Positions 48,333 through 58,540 are shown, counted from the stretch's first letter. The stretch is 64,000 nt of DNA from Candidatus Enterousia sp. (GCA_045616625.1 JAZLHA010000012.1:111249-175248), one strand, 5' to 3'. Numbers and translations are program-made. Notes: a model not told the origin generated them from the letters alone.

Positions 48333-49913
48333 TTATTCCTTTCGAACAGGATACTGACCATCAATCAGATTCTGACGAACAATATGATGCTTTACTTTTT
48401 GTGTACTTGTCATAGGTAAATCATCCGTTGTCATCGCAAAATGTGTCACCCATTTATAAGATGCGACTTGTTTATTAGCCTCTGCAATCTCGGCCGCTAA
48501 TTTTTCCAAAGTCATATCCTTATCAACACTAAACACTGCATAAGTGACAGTTTTATCCTTGACCTTATGTTCAAACACAGCAACGTTTTTTACACCCTTG
48601 ATTTCCATAAACATTGCTTCCAACTCGTCAGGATAAACATTTTTACCAGAATCTAATACGATTACTTGTTTTTTGCGTCCTGCAAAATGCAGTTCGCCGT
48701 TTTTATCCATATACACCATGTCGCCGGTATTAAAAAAGCCCTTGTCATCAAACACTTCTTTGTTAACAGCGTCATTGTTTAGATAACCACCAAACACCTG
48801 GTGTCCGCGAAGCCACAATACACCAATGCCATTTTCGTCCTTGTTACGAATTTCGCATTCGTTATTAGTTGTTGGCCCGCCCACAGAAAACGCCATACGA
48901 CGTTTACCAGGTTTTGATATACAAATTGGTCCAACCGTTTCGGTCAAACCATATCCCTGTATAAACGCCAAGCCGAGTGATTCATAAAACTTTTCTACCT
49001 CTGGCTTGGTTGCAGCCCCCCCAGCAATAAGCAAACGTGCACGTCCACCAAATATATTTAGTATTGGTTCTTGAACCTTGCGTGTAACAAAATCTAAACC
49101 CATACTAGATAAAGTATTTTGATTTTTCAAAATAAATGAAACGATACGCCACCTCTTTTGTGTTGTTAAAGTATCTATGATTCTGTTACGGAAAACCTCC
49201 CACAATCTGGGGACCGCTGGAATAACATGTGGTTTAAACTTTTTAAAGTCGTCCATTATATATTTTGGATTAACCGTTGGTTGTAAAACTATACCACCAC
49301 CAAAACGAACCGTTGCCAATATACCAATTGCAAATCCAAATATATGATACAGTGGCAAAAATCCATACATAATATCCCCTGAACTAAAATATTCACCCAT
49401 ATCATCCAAAGAACGTGCACATTCAACCAAATTATAATGTGTTAATGGTACAACCTTTGGATTTCCGGTTGATCCAGATGTAAATGACAGTGTTGCGATA
49501 TCCTTATCTTTTAAATGATACGGATATAATTTTGGATTTATTTCACCGTCAGCCCCAGTTATATCAAAGAATTTAAATTGTTCTGTTTCATAAAAGAAAG
49601 ATGGTTCAGCGCACACAAGTTTACAATTTGCGGTCTTGGTCATATTATCATATTCAAATGGTGTCAAATTTGTATCCAACATTAAAACAGTTGCACCCAA
49701 ATACCACACCGCGAACAAAGTCAAAGGAAATTGCGGAATATTATGCGCTAAAATACCAACAACATCACCATAACCAACACCAAGTTTTGCCAAAGTCCCC
49801 GCACGCGCACGCACCATATTCATAAAGGACGCATAAGTTATATTTTCACGAACTAAAAATAATTCTTCGGGCCATTGTGCTACTGCTGTTTCCAGCATAT
49901 TAGTCATATTCAT
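48333..49913 (-). CDS. AMP-dependent synthetase/ligase, paralog 2
   Basis: SFTSGSTGNPKVV. Collinear similarity to paralog 1 along the full length. Confidence 0.8.
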   Translation of the reverse strand: MNMTNMLETAVAQWPEELFLVRENITYASFMNMVRARAGTLAKLGVGYGDVVGILAHNIPQFPLTLFAVWYLGATVLMLDTNLTPFEYDNMTKTANCKLVCAEPSFFYETEQFKFFDITGADGEINPKLYPYHLKDKDIATLSFTSGSTGNPKVVPLTHYNLVECARSLDDMGEYFSSGDIMYGFLPLYHIFGFAIGILATVRFGGGIVLQPTVNPKYIMDDFKKFKPHVIPAVPRLWEVFRNRIIDTLTTQKRWRIVSFILKNQNTLSSMGLDFVTRKVQEPILNIFGGRARLLIAGGAATKPEVEKFYESLGLAFIQGYGLTETVGPICISKPGKRRMAFSVGGPTTNNECEIRNKDENGIGVLWLRGHQVFGGYLNNDAVNKEVFDDKGFFNTGDMVYMDKNGELHFAGRKKQVIVLDSGKNVYPDELEAMFMEIKGVKNVAVFEHKVKDKTVTYAVFSVDKDMTLEKLAAEIAEANKQVASYKWVTHFAMTTDDLPMTSTQKVKHHIVRQNLIDGQYPVRKE

Positions 49914-49981
49914 ATCAAATTTCCTTGTTGTTTTTAAATTAGACTATGGTTATTATAGTATTTAGAATAAAGATTGCAAAC

Positions 49982-50752
49982 ATGAAAATACTTACTTTAA
50001 ATATAAATTCAATTCGTGCACACATAGAAAGTTTTATGCAAATTCTGCGTAAATCTGAATACGACACCATATTGGTCCAGGAATTAAAAGTTGAAAATGC
50101 AAATTTTCCACACACTCTGTTTGATGAATACGGATATAATGTAAAGGTGTTTGGTCAAAAAAGTTGGAACGGCGTTGCGACTTTCTCAAAACATTCCATT
50201 GAAGATGTCACAATGGGTCTACCTAATTATTCTGACATAAACGCACGATTCTTGGAATGTGTTGTCGATGGCAGAATCAGACTAATAAATGTATATATGC
50301 CAAATGGCGAAAGTATCGATTCGCCAAAGTTTCCGTACAAATTAGAATGGATGCGCGCATTTACAAACCATATCAAACCATATCTTGATTCCGAAGAACC
50401 TGTGATTATCGGTGGTGATTTTAATGTTGCAATTGCCGACCGTGATATATGGAATCCGAACGGGTATATTGGTTCATCTATTTCGGCACCTGATGCACGC
50501 ACTATTATGAAACAATGGCTTGATTCCGGTTGGGTTGACGCTTGGCGTACACTGCACCCTGACGTCGTTGATTATACATGGTACGGATATCGTGGCGGTG
50601 ATACAGTTGGTAAAAAACAAGGATTGCGACTAGATTATTTCCTATGTAATAAAACAGCTATCAAACTTGTCAAAAATTGTGAAATATATATCGAACCACG
50701 CATGGCAGAAAAACCAACAGACCATTGTGGTCTGATGTTAGATATAGACTAA
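49982..50752 (+). CDS. xth: exodeoxyribonuclease III
   Basis: MKILTLNINSIRAH...; EEP-fold catalytic residues. Confidence 0.85.
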   Translation: MKILTLNINSIRAHIESFMQILRKSEYDTILVQELKVENANFPHTLFDEYGYNVKVFGQKSWNGVATFSKHSIEDVTMGLPNYSDINARFLECVVDGRIRLINVYMPNGESIDSPKFPYKLEWMRAFTNHIKPYLDSEEPVIIGGDFNVAIADRDIWNPNGYIGSSISAPDARTIMKQWLDSGWVDAWRTLHPDVVDYTWYGYRGGDTVGKKQGLRLDYFLCNKTAIKLVKNCEIYIEPRMAEKPTDHCGLMLDID

Positions 50753-53250
50753 TCATCTATACGTTTTAAATCGTCGTACACACGATATTTTGGTTCAGAG
50801 TTTTTATAATATTCATACGGTACATTACCCGAAGAATACATATTAAATAATGCGGTTGTTTTTGCAACAGATGCATTTATCATATCTGCCGTCTCTTGTT
50901 CATCATATATAATTGGCTTCACATTAGAATTTTTTAATTGCAAAAACATCGTGACTGGGGTTTGTGATTTCTGTGATGTTTTTATTTTAAAACCACCCGA
51001 TTGCAACATAAATGCTTCCAATGGTAATTGCGGCATATTACCATCCAACAACTGTTTTTTATTTGGCGCCGTTCCTGTTTTAATATCCAACACACCACCA
51101 TCCCAAACACGGTCAGCACGCGCACGAACATTACGATTTTGAATTACAATACTGCCCCCTATTTCTGGGACACTATGTGTTAAAACATCACTGTTTTGTT
51201 TTAATACATCTGCAATTTCAACAAAGCGTTTATGCCAAAAATGAAATAACAAATTATTTTCGCCCAATATTTGTTTAGCCAATTCATCCATTTGTTGTAT
51301 TAAATTTGACGGCTCAAAATCTTTTGCATTTTCTATTACAGAATGAACAAGATTTCCAAATTCACGCGCATCTGGCTCCATCCAATAATCATCTTTTGGA
51401 TGCAATCTTAGTATATGACGCGCATAGAAAGCATACGGATTATGAATTAACAATTCTAATTCTGTCACATAAACATCACTAAAATCAACTGGCGGAATTG
51501 GCGCAGAATAATCTAAACCACATGGTGTCACATTATCCTTATCGCGAACAGATTGTAAAATAGTTTTTCCCAATTCAGAATCAAAATTTCCGCCCCTGGC
51601 AATTACCCGCGATAAAAACCGCGATTCAGATGTTTGAACATTTCCAGACACACCACTGCGCAACCAATAAACATCCGCACCACACGACAAATTTATAAAA
51701 TCTAGTGCCATCAAAGAAATCTTGCGGTCACGTGACGGCAAACCAATTTGTTTTGCAATAGTAAGCGGTAACCAAGAATTTTCATATCCTTGTGCTGGGA
51801 ACATGCCATCGTTCAATCCGGTCAATATAACGACATCTGCGGTTTGCATACGCGCTTCCATTGTACCGAGCACAACAACATCCGCATCCTCACTGTTCAT
51901 ATCACGCACGGTTGTTGTGGACAAAACATCATATAAAAAAGTTCTTATTTCATGCATAGACAGAACGATTTCATATTTATCTAAACAATCAGATAATTTT
52001 TTTATAGCGTTCCATACAACCAAAGATTCCGCATCATCTATTAAAAATAATGGCGAAAAATTGTCATAATTTGTCATTACAAAATCAGATATAGTTTTAA
52101 ATAAATTATGCTGATTCTGTGCGTACAGAGCAACAAATTGACTATCATGATTTTCTATCAATTCATCAAACATATTTAACAAAGCACGTGACACAGAAGA
52201 TGCAGCAGCAGAATGCCCCCCAGAAAAATCAGCAACAATATCCATATTGTTAAACGCGGTCGCTATACGTTGATTTCCCGCAGCATCCGGCGTAATAACC
52301 ATCACAGTTTTATTTTGTTCTAATGCTTGTTTTGTAATTTGAGCAACAGCATTTGCTTCTTCGCTTTCCCTATCTGCAACCACTAAATGACAATTAGAAA
52401 TATCGCATTTTGGCGGACAATCTGTTGTATTATTACTAAATGCAAAATTAAAGAAATCTATGGCACTCTTTCCAACATCAATTGGTTGAACATCTTTATA
52501 ATTCAAACCTATACGCGATAAAAACTTATATTCTGAATTATATGGATTTGTATCCAACAAAAAGTCTTCTGTATCTCCATCTATTTTTCCAGATAGAATT
52601 ATTCGCCCATTGGGTAGGCGTGATATAAATTCCATCAAATCAGCAGTCGCAGGCACGCTTGCCGTCGAACCACAAACAACAACCAAATCATAGCCAGATT
52701 GTTTTATTTCATCGCGCCACGCACGAATTTTTTCATTACGCAAATGTGTTTGAGATTCCGCACCATTTAATATCTTGGGCATAACGATTGTCAAAACATT
52801 TAACAGTTCTGCCTTTGACTTAAAATGCGCAGCATATTTTTCATCTATTAAACTTTCCCAATTTATATCTGAAACATTTACACCTTCATTATCTAAATAA
52901 TCGGCCATACGCACGAAATCGTGTGCTATGGGTAACGCGGTGGTTATATTTTTAATATGTGCATGTGATGCAAGCAATTTTGCCAGCACCGTCACACGTT
53001 CTAAATTTTCGACACCATCTATATCAGAAATATCATCTGTACCCTCACCCAACGCGACCAATTTAGGTAATATGATTGCACCATCACTATGCGACACAAA
53101 CATTTTTTCAGCACCGCGCACCGCACGTCTGGACGGTAAAAATATCAACACATTTGCAAGATTTACTTTTTCGCGTGAAACAAGCAACCACAGCGCATCC
53201 AACATATGCGCAGGATTAGTTGCATAAAAAATGTTTTTATTTAATTCCAA
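50749..53250 (-). CDS. addB: AddB-like double-strand break repair helicase/nuclease subunit
   Basis: 833-aa ORF with a C-terminal PD-(D/E)xK-like block (...ADRVWDGGVLDIKTG...). No addA gene adjacent. Confidence 0.6.
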   Translation of the reverse strand: MELNKNIFYATNPAHMLDALWLLVSREKVNLANVLIFLPSRRAVRGAEKMFVSHSDGAIILPKLVALGEGTDDISDIDGVENLERVTVLAKLLASHAHIKNITTALPIAHDFVRMADYLDNEGVNVSDINWESLIDEKYAAHFKSKAELLNVLTIVMPKILNGAESQTHLRNEKIRAWRDEIKQSGYDLVVVCGSTASVPATADLMEFISRLPNGRIILSGKIDGDTEDFLLDTNPYNSEYKFLSRIGLNYKDVQPIDVGKSAIDFFNFAFSNNTTDCPPKCDISNCHLVVADRESEEANAVAQITKQALEQNKTVMVITPDAAGNQRIATAFNNMDIVADFSGGHSAAASSVSRALLNMFDELIENHDSQFVALYAQNQHNLFKTISDFVMTNYDNFSPLFLIDDAESLVVWNAIKKLSDCLDKYEIVLSMHEIRTFLYDVLSTTTVRDMNSEDADVVVLGTMEARMQTADVVILTGLNDGMFPAQGYENSWLPLTIAKQIGLPSRDRKISLMALDFINLSCGADVYWLRSGVSGNVQTSESRFLSRVIARGGNFDSELGKTILQSVRDKDNVTPCGLDYSAPIPPVDFSDVYVTELELLIHNPYAFYARHILRLHPKDDYWMEPDAREFGNLVHSVIENAKDFEPSNLIQQMDELAKQILGENNLLFHFWHKRFVEIADVLKQNSDVLTHSVPEIGGSIVIQNRNVRARADRVWDGGVLDIKTGTAPNKKQLLDGNMPQLPLEAFMLQSGGFKIKTSQKSQTPVTMFLQLKNSNVKPIIYDEQETADMINASVAKTTALFNMYSSGNVPYEYYKNSEPKYRVYDDLKRIDD

Positions 53251-53791
53251 TAATTGCCCTTAAACTATCAATACCATAACCCTTGGTTACAGATGTTTCT
53301 ATTATATCATCTGCCATTGCACCATGTTCAGTATGTGTAATTTTAATTTGATTTTCTTCACGTACACGTTTATCAACCTTGGTATAAACAATTTGATATA
53401 AAATACCATTTTCATCGCAAAAATCTAAAAGTTCCAAATCACTTTGTTTTGGCCCTATACGTGAATCTATAAGTATAAACAATCGTTTTAATTGTGAACG
53501 CGACAACAAATATTTTTCTAGTCTATTGAGCCAACGCACAGCATTTTCTTTTGAAGTTTTTGCATAACCATATCCTGGCAAATCAACCAACATAATTTTA
53601 TCATCTATGTTAAACAGATTCAAACTCTGTGTGCGACCAGGTGTATTAGAAGTACGCGCAACGCATTGTCCAACAATCGCATTTAACAACGATGATTTAC
53701 CAACATTACTGCGTCCAATAAAAGCATACTCAACAAATTGAGTCTTTGGCAAAGATTCCACAGTTTCAAAAGAACCAACAAAACGAATCAT
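53237..53791 (-). CDS. engB: ribosome biogenesis GTP-binding protein EngB (YihA/YsxC)
   Basis: G1 GRSNVGKSS and a compact 184-aa GTPase. Confidence 0.85.
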   Translation of the reverse strand: MIRFVGSFETVESLPKTQFVEYAFIGRSNVGKSSLLNAIVGQCVARTSNTPGRTQSLNLFNIDDKIMLVDLPGYGYAKTSKENAVRWLNRLEKYLLSRSQLKRLFILIDSRIGPKQSDLELLDFCDENGILYQIVYTKVDKRVREENQIKITHTEHGAMADDIIETSVTKGYGIDSLRAIIGIK

Positions 53792-54585
53792 TTTTTACCA
53801 TCCTTGTCTAATAAACGCTTATACGCTTCTTTTTTTGAGATTCCAGCACGCATCGCCAAATCAGCAGCCGCAGATTTAGTAGAAGTTTCAGCAACATCAT
53901 TGACTATCTCTGCAATTTCATCATCAGACATTTTATGTTCTGGGGCCGGCGCAATTACAATAACTATTTCACCACGTGGCGGTTCTATATGCATTAAATC
54001 AGCCGCATAGCCAATAATTGTTTCTTCGTGAATTTTGGTAATTTCGCGAACAATTGCAATTTTGCGTTCTGGCATAACACGTGCAAGTGCCGCAATTGTT
54101 GTCATAATTCTATTTGGACTTTCATAATAAACAATTGTGTGACGAATTTTATTATCTTCACGTAATTTCTTTTCATCAAAAAATCCACAGAAAGTAAACC
54201 TATCGGTTGGAAAGCCTGATAAGACCAGCGCAGAAACAACCGCCGTTGGGCCAGGAACAACAAACACCGGTATATTATTTTCACGTGCCGCCCTAATTAT
54301 TCTAAACCCTGGATCACTAACCGCCGGCATTCCAGCATCAGATACAACCGCGATCGCTGCCCCATTTGCCATTTTTTCAACCAGTTCAGGGATAACATCT
54401 TTTTCATTATGTTCATGACATGACACACGTTTTGTCTTTATATCAAAATGTGATGCGATTTTACCAAAAACGCGCGTATCTTCGGCGGCAATTAAATCAA
54501 CAGACTTTAATACCTCTATCGCGCGTGGCGACAAATCAGACAAATTTCCAATTGGTGTTCCAACAACATAAAGCCCTGTTTGCAT
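53788..54585 (-). CDS. rsmI: 16S rRNA (cytidine1402-2'-O)-methyltransferase RsmI
   Basis: LYVVGTPIGNLSDLS...EDTR tetrapyrrole-methylase-fold N-terminus. Confidence 0.85.
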   Translation of the reverse strand: MQTGLYVVGTPIGNLSDLSPRAIEVLKSVDLIAAEDTRVFGKIASHFDIKTKRVSCHEHNEKDVIPELVEKMANGAAIAVVSDAGMPAVSDPGFRIIRAARENNIPVFVVPGPTAVVSALVLSGFPTDRFTFCGFFDEKKLREDNKIRHTIVYYESPNRIMTTIAALARVMPERKIAIVREITKIHEETIIGYAADLMHIEPPRGEIVIVIAPAPEHKMSDDEIAEIVNDVAETSTKSAAADLAMRAGISKKEAYKRLLDKDGKK

Positions 54586-54621
54586 TTATTATCCTTTTAT
54601 AGTAAAATGATACAGTAATAA

Positions 54622-56214
54622 ATGGATATTTCAATGTTTATGAATAGATTTTTTCAATTTTGTGTGATTTCCGGTGTTCTGACCGCGTGTTCTGGGGGAA
54701 TGCAAAATGTTGCATGGGACAATCCATATAACGACGACAGCATTATATCAGAACCAACCACCTTGGAATACGGTACGCATTCTGAATACGGAACGACACA
54801 GTCACATAATATCTCTGTACTTTTACCACTTAGTGGGGAAAACGCGTCAATCGGTCGCAGTATTCAGCAATCTATTGAAATTGCTTTATTCCAGAACCAG
54901 CAAAATCCATTTAACGTAAAGTTTTTTGATACCGCATACGATATAAACGGCGCGATAAATGGCGCATTATCCAGCGCACCAGAATTTATAATCGGTCCAG
55001 TATTTGCAAACGATGCGCGCCTGTTACGTGATTTAAAAGATTCTGAAACACCAGTATTATCATTTACATCTGATTCAACCGCGGTTGGAAATGGCGTAAT
55101 GACAATGGCACTAATGCCCATAAATTCTATAGAGGCTATTATAGGTGAAATAGCAAGCGACAAAAGACTCAACACTATTATTATTGCCCCCGACACAATT
55201 TCGGGACACTTAATGGCTGGCGCTGCAATTGTTGGCGCTGAAACAAACGATATTGAAATATCAGGTGTGTTTTATTACCCTGAAGGTGATACAGAATCTA
55301 TTAAAACAGTTATGTTAGATGCATCAATGAACAAAGCGCGCACATCTGCGAATACCAAAGCGCGTGAGATTTTATCTGATATTTTAACAAACGAAACTTT
55401 AACACCATCAGAAAAATCCTTATTAAATTATCAACTTGAAAAATTATCCAAGGAAGAAACAATCGGTGATGTTCCATACAAGGCTGTATTATTCTTAGGA
55501 AATGCCGACGACACAAAAAGTTTGGCATCATTTTTACGTTATTATGGTGTTGATTCGCACAAGGTTGCTTTTTATGGAACGGCCCTATGGGACGGTTCTG
55601 ATATTGCATTAGACTTTACAATGACTGGTGCAAAATATGCGGCATTACCAGAAACAAACGAATCATTTCAGATAATGTATTCTGGGATAACAGGAAATGC
55701 CCCATCAAGAATTGCTGGATTTGGATATGACGCAACCAGAATTGCAACGGGTATGTTTTATAGTCAAAAGACAACACCTGAATATTTATTAAACCCGAGT
55801 GGTTTTAACGGTATTGACGGAATAATTAAATTAAAACCAACTGGTGACAATGAACGCGCTTTAAGTATTTTACAGTTAAACGCATCTGGCACACCACGTG
55901 AAATAAAACCTGCGGCTAAAAATTTCATAAAGCCATTATACAATATTGAACAATCTGATATTCGATCCGCATCCGAAATGGAATTACAATCAACCGGCAT
56001 CGATCCAATGGATTATATAAAGATTCCTGACCGCTTTAAGAAAAAATATAATTCCAAAAAATATGGTGCAACAATCAAAGAAGACATAACCGTACCAGTA
56101 ATAACCGTTGTACCAGATGATAACAGTTCTGCAATAATTGAATCAGATTATAAATCTCTAAGGCCAGAATCTATTAAACAAAATTTAATAGACAGCGTTG
56201 AAATAGAAGAATAA
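54622..56214 (+). CDS. LpoA-like periplasmic-binding-fold lipoprotein (divergent from rsmI, as for E. coli yraL-yraM)
   Basis: Lipobox LTAC. PBP type I-like body. Conserved rsmI-divergent-lpoA arrangement. Confidence 0.5.
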   Translation: MDISMFMNRFFQFCVISGVLTACSGGMQNVAWDNPYNDDSIISEPTTLEYGTHSEYGTTQSHNISVLLPLSGENASIGRSIQQSIEIALFQNQQNPFNVKFFDTAYDINGAINGALSSAPEFIIGPVFANDARLLRDLKDSETPVLSFTSDSTAVGNGVMTMALMPINSIEAIIGEIASDKRLNTIIIAPDTISGHLMAGAAIVGAETNDIEISGVFYYPEGDTESIKTVMLDASMNKARTSANTKAREILSDILTNETLTPSEKSLLNYQLEKLSKEETIGDVPYKAVLFLGNADDTKSLASFLRYYGVDSHKVAFYGTALWDGSDIALDFTMTGAKYAALPETNESFQIMYSGITGNAPSRIAGFGYDATRIATGMFYSQKTTPEYLLNPSGFNGIDGIIKLKPTGDNERALSILQLNASGTPREIKPAAKNFIKPLYNIEQSDIRSASEMELQSTGIDPMDYIKIPDRFKKKYNSKKYGATIKEDITVPVITVVPDDNSSAIIESDYKSLRPESIKQNLIDSVEIEE

Positions 56215-56225
56215 AAAAGTTAAAT

Positions 56226-56906
56226 CTATTTCGTATTTTTGCAAATAGTTTTATAGAGCATAATTATTTTATTTCGAATAACAGCATCTGGATTTTTTTT
56301 ATTTATATATGCAAACATATCATGTTTGTTTTTAGATGTCATATTTCTAGCATAATTTAAAATATCTTCATGTAAACTAACATTTAAATCAAATTTATCT
56401 GCAAACATTACTTTGAATTTTAGTGCCCTGGCCATTGTTTGTACCGGGATACCATAATATCCACAACAAACACGAATTTGCCCAGTTTCCAAAAAATGAT
56501 AAAAATACGCCGATGGATACAATTTACTATCACGACCAGAAAAATAAATACTATTACAATTAAAATCAAAATTGTTTGCTATAAAACCTTGGACATCGGT
56601 TGTATATTTATGGAAGACATCTATACAACCAATTTCATCTACATTGATTTTTAACCCACCAAAAGAATTCGTTGTCACATTTATAACATTTTTTAAATTC
56701 GGTTTTTTCGGTAAAATAATATCAAAATCTTTTATAGATAAATTCTGTTTGCCTAAGATATTTCCAATAAAACAATCACGAACAGCGCCACCGGTTAAAA
56801 CTATATCTTTGGCATCTATATGCAGCCTATCCGCCAAATTGTAAACAATTGGTCCCAACTCTTTTTCAGTATCTTGTATCTTTAAATCTAAATCAAACTC
56901 TGACAT
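56226..56906 (-). CDS. minimal class II nucleotidyltransferase (CCA-adding/poly(A) polymerase head-domain-like), 226 aa
   Basis: ...LTGGAVRDCFIGNILGKQNLSIKDFDIIL. GGAVRD plus DxD is the PolyA_pol head-domain signature. No body or tail domains. Confidence 0.5.
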   Translation of the reverse strand: MSEFDLDLKIQDTEKELGPIVYNLADRLHIDAKDIVLTGGAVRDCFIGNILGKQNLSIKDFDIILPKKPNLKNVINVTTNSFGGLKINVDEIGCIDVFHKYTTDVQGFIANNFDFNCNSIYFSGRDSKLYPSAYFYHFLETGQIRVCCGYYGIPVQTMARALKFKVMFADKFDLNVSLHEDILNYARNMTSKNKHDMFAYINKKNPDAVIRNKIIMLYKTICKNTK

Positions 56907-56991
56907 AATGTTGTTATTCTATAAAAAAATATCGCAAAAGCGACATTTTTTATCAACAAAGGATTCGCACCAAACCACATTCACAAAATAA

Positions 56992-57022
56992 GAAAACGAC
57001 CACAACGGTCGTTTTCTTATTT
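56992..57022. terminator. bidirectional rho-independent terminator for the tRNA-Gly/tRNA-Tyr operon
   Basis: GAAAACGACCacaacGGTCGTTTTCttatttt: a perfect 10-bp stem with a U-run on the plus strand and an A/T run on the minus strand. Confidence 0.7.
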
Positions 57023-57108
57023 TGGTGGGAGTGGAAGGAGTCGAACCTTCTCAAGCAAAGCTAACAGATTTACAGTCTGCCCCGGCTCTCCGACTCCGGC
57101 GCACGCCC
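57023..57108 (-). tRNA. tRNA-Tyr (anticodon GTA), class II with long variable arm
   Basis: Reverse complement GGGCGTG...GCAGACTGTAAATCTGT...GAAGGTTCGACTCCTTC...CACCA. Anticodon and T arms match E. coli tRNA-Tyr closely. Confidence 0.9.
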
Positions 57109-57113
57109 GATCT

Positions 57114-57188
57114 TGGTGCGAGCAGCGGGAATCGAACCCGCATTTCAAGCTTGGAAGGCTTGCATTCTAGCCCTTGAACTATGCTCGC
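57114..57188 (-). tRNA. tRNA-Gly (anticodon TCC)
   Basis: Reverse complement GCGAGCATAGTTCAAGGGCTAGAATGCAAGCCTTCCAAGCTTGAAATGCGGGTTCGATTCCCGCTGCTCGCACCA. Confidence 0.9.
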
Positions 57189-57240
57189 AACAAATTCAAA
57201 GTAGCCAAATTATATTATATTTTTTATTAAACGCAAGCAT

Positions 57241-57741
57241 TTATTCTGCGCTCATACCTTTTGCTGGATAACAAACATCTTTGTTATCAATTTCACAACA
57301 GGCATAACCACCATCGCCCAAATCTGTAAAGCGTTCCCCTGGGCAACAGCCAAATTTGTTATATTTTTCACCGTTTGGACACAAACCCGCATCTAAATTT
57401 GCTTGCATTTCTTCATCAGAAAGTTCAGGTTCTGATATTTCTTCTGTGACAACCTCTGTTGTTTCTGTGACCACTTCATCTGTGACAGAATCTGCATCTG
57501 CTGTCACATTTAGTGTTGCCACCGATTTATGTCTTTGACGTTTTTTAACGCAAGTGCTGTCATATTGCGCCTGCAAGGTTTCTAACTCTGTTAATTCTTC
57601 ATCGGTTGGTTCTGACAATTCAGAAAGTTCTTGTATTTCCACCTGTATTTCAGAACATGTTTTCCGTTCCACAACACCCTTGTCGTCAGCAAACGTGACA
57701 ACCGGTAAAAACACCAACAAAGCAAATATAATTTTTTTCAT
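57241..57741 (-). CDS. secreted acidic, Cys-rich small protein
   Basis: Signal peptide MKKIIFALLVFLPVVTFA. Acidic tract SELSEPTDEELTELETLQ. C-terminal CPNGEKYNKFGCCPGE...CC...C (8 Cys). Confidence 0.5.
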   Translation of the reverse strand: MKKIIFALLVFLPVVTFADDKGVVERKTCSEIQVEIQELSELSEPTDEELTELETLQAQYDSTCVKKRQRHKSVATLNVTADADSVTDEVVTETTEVVTEEISEPELSDEEMQANLDAGLCPNGEKYNKFGCCPGERFTDLGDGGYACCEIDNKDVCYPAKGMSAE

Positions 57742-57745
57742 TTAT

Positions 57746-58522
57746 TTATTCGTTTATTATTTTTTCAACCTCTAATATAAAATCTATGGCTGGGTTTGTT
57801 ATCTTTTTCATTTTTTCAAAAACTTCTTCGGCCGCCGTCTGCATTTGAATCTTTTTATAAACCTCTATCACATCTATAGTATCTTGTTCATTCAAGTTAT
57901 CATCAACTACTGCACGCGCCACAGCCAATTCTTGTTCTGCCAATTCTTTATAATGCTCTGCCTCGCTTGCACAACCACGTTCTGCAATTACAGCATAGGT
58001 TTTAGCATTTCGCATATGTCCATCATAACCACTAGCATTTAAATCGGTATAGAACAACATTTCATCACGAATTTTTTCACATGTAGACCGACCATCATCT
58101 ATTATCATTTGTTGGTTGTCATTTATACATGCTGCCGCAGCCAATTCAGAACTTCTATTTTTTAGAGCGACATATTTTTCATGATTTTCAGGACAACCCT
58201 TATCTATTAAATTATCATATATAATAATGTTGTCGTTAAAAGCCCAACAATCTGTTGCGTCTGTTTCTTCTTTTAATTTAGCCTTTAATAATTTTTCAAC
58301 GGCGGCACAGTTTCTTTGAGGCAAAGAAATATCCTCAACAACACCAACTACTTGGGATACTTTTGAACTAATTTTTTTAGCGCCGTTTACTGCAAACCCA
58401 ACCATTAGGCCACATGCAAACAACCCCACCAACGCAACAATCGCCAACACACGTTGATAAACAATATGTTTTTTATTTTCAGATTTATATTTTGCCATTT
58501 TTTCTCTCCCTCTTGCTTTCAT
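57746..58522 (-). CDS. hypothetical single-pass membrane protein with Cys-containing periplasmic domain
   Basis: TM helix LAIVALVGLFACGLMVGFAV; 8 Cys in the remainder. Confidence 0.45.
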   Translation of the reverse strand: MKARGREKMAKYKSENKKHIVYQRVLAIVALVGLFACGLMVGFAVNGAKKISSKVSQVVGVVEDISLPQRNCAAVEKLLKAKLKEETDATDCWAFNDNIIIYDNLIDKGCPENHEKYVALKNRSSELAAAACINDNQQMIIDDGRSTCEKIRDEMLFYTDLNASGYDGHMRNAKTYAVIAERGCASEAEHYKELAEQELAVARAVVDDNLNEQDTIDVIEVYKKIQMQTAAEEVFEKMKKITNPAIDFILEVEKIINE

Positions 58523-58540
58523 TAGATTATAATAAACTTT

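Noticed and set aside
54622-56214. Calling the 530-aa lipoprotein a confirmed LpoA
   Set aside because: Only the lipobox, a periplasmic-binding-protein-like composition and conserved rsmI-divergent synteny support it. No TPR N-domain was recognised by eye, so it is kept as LpoA-like at moderate confidence.
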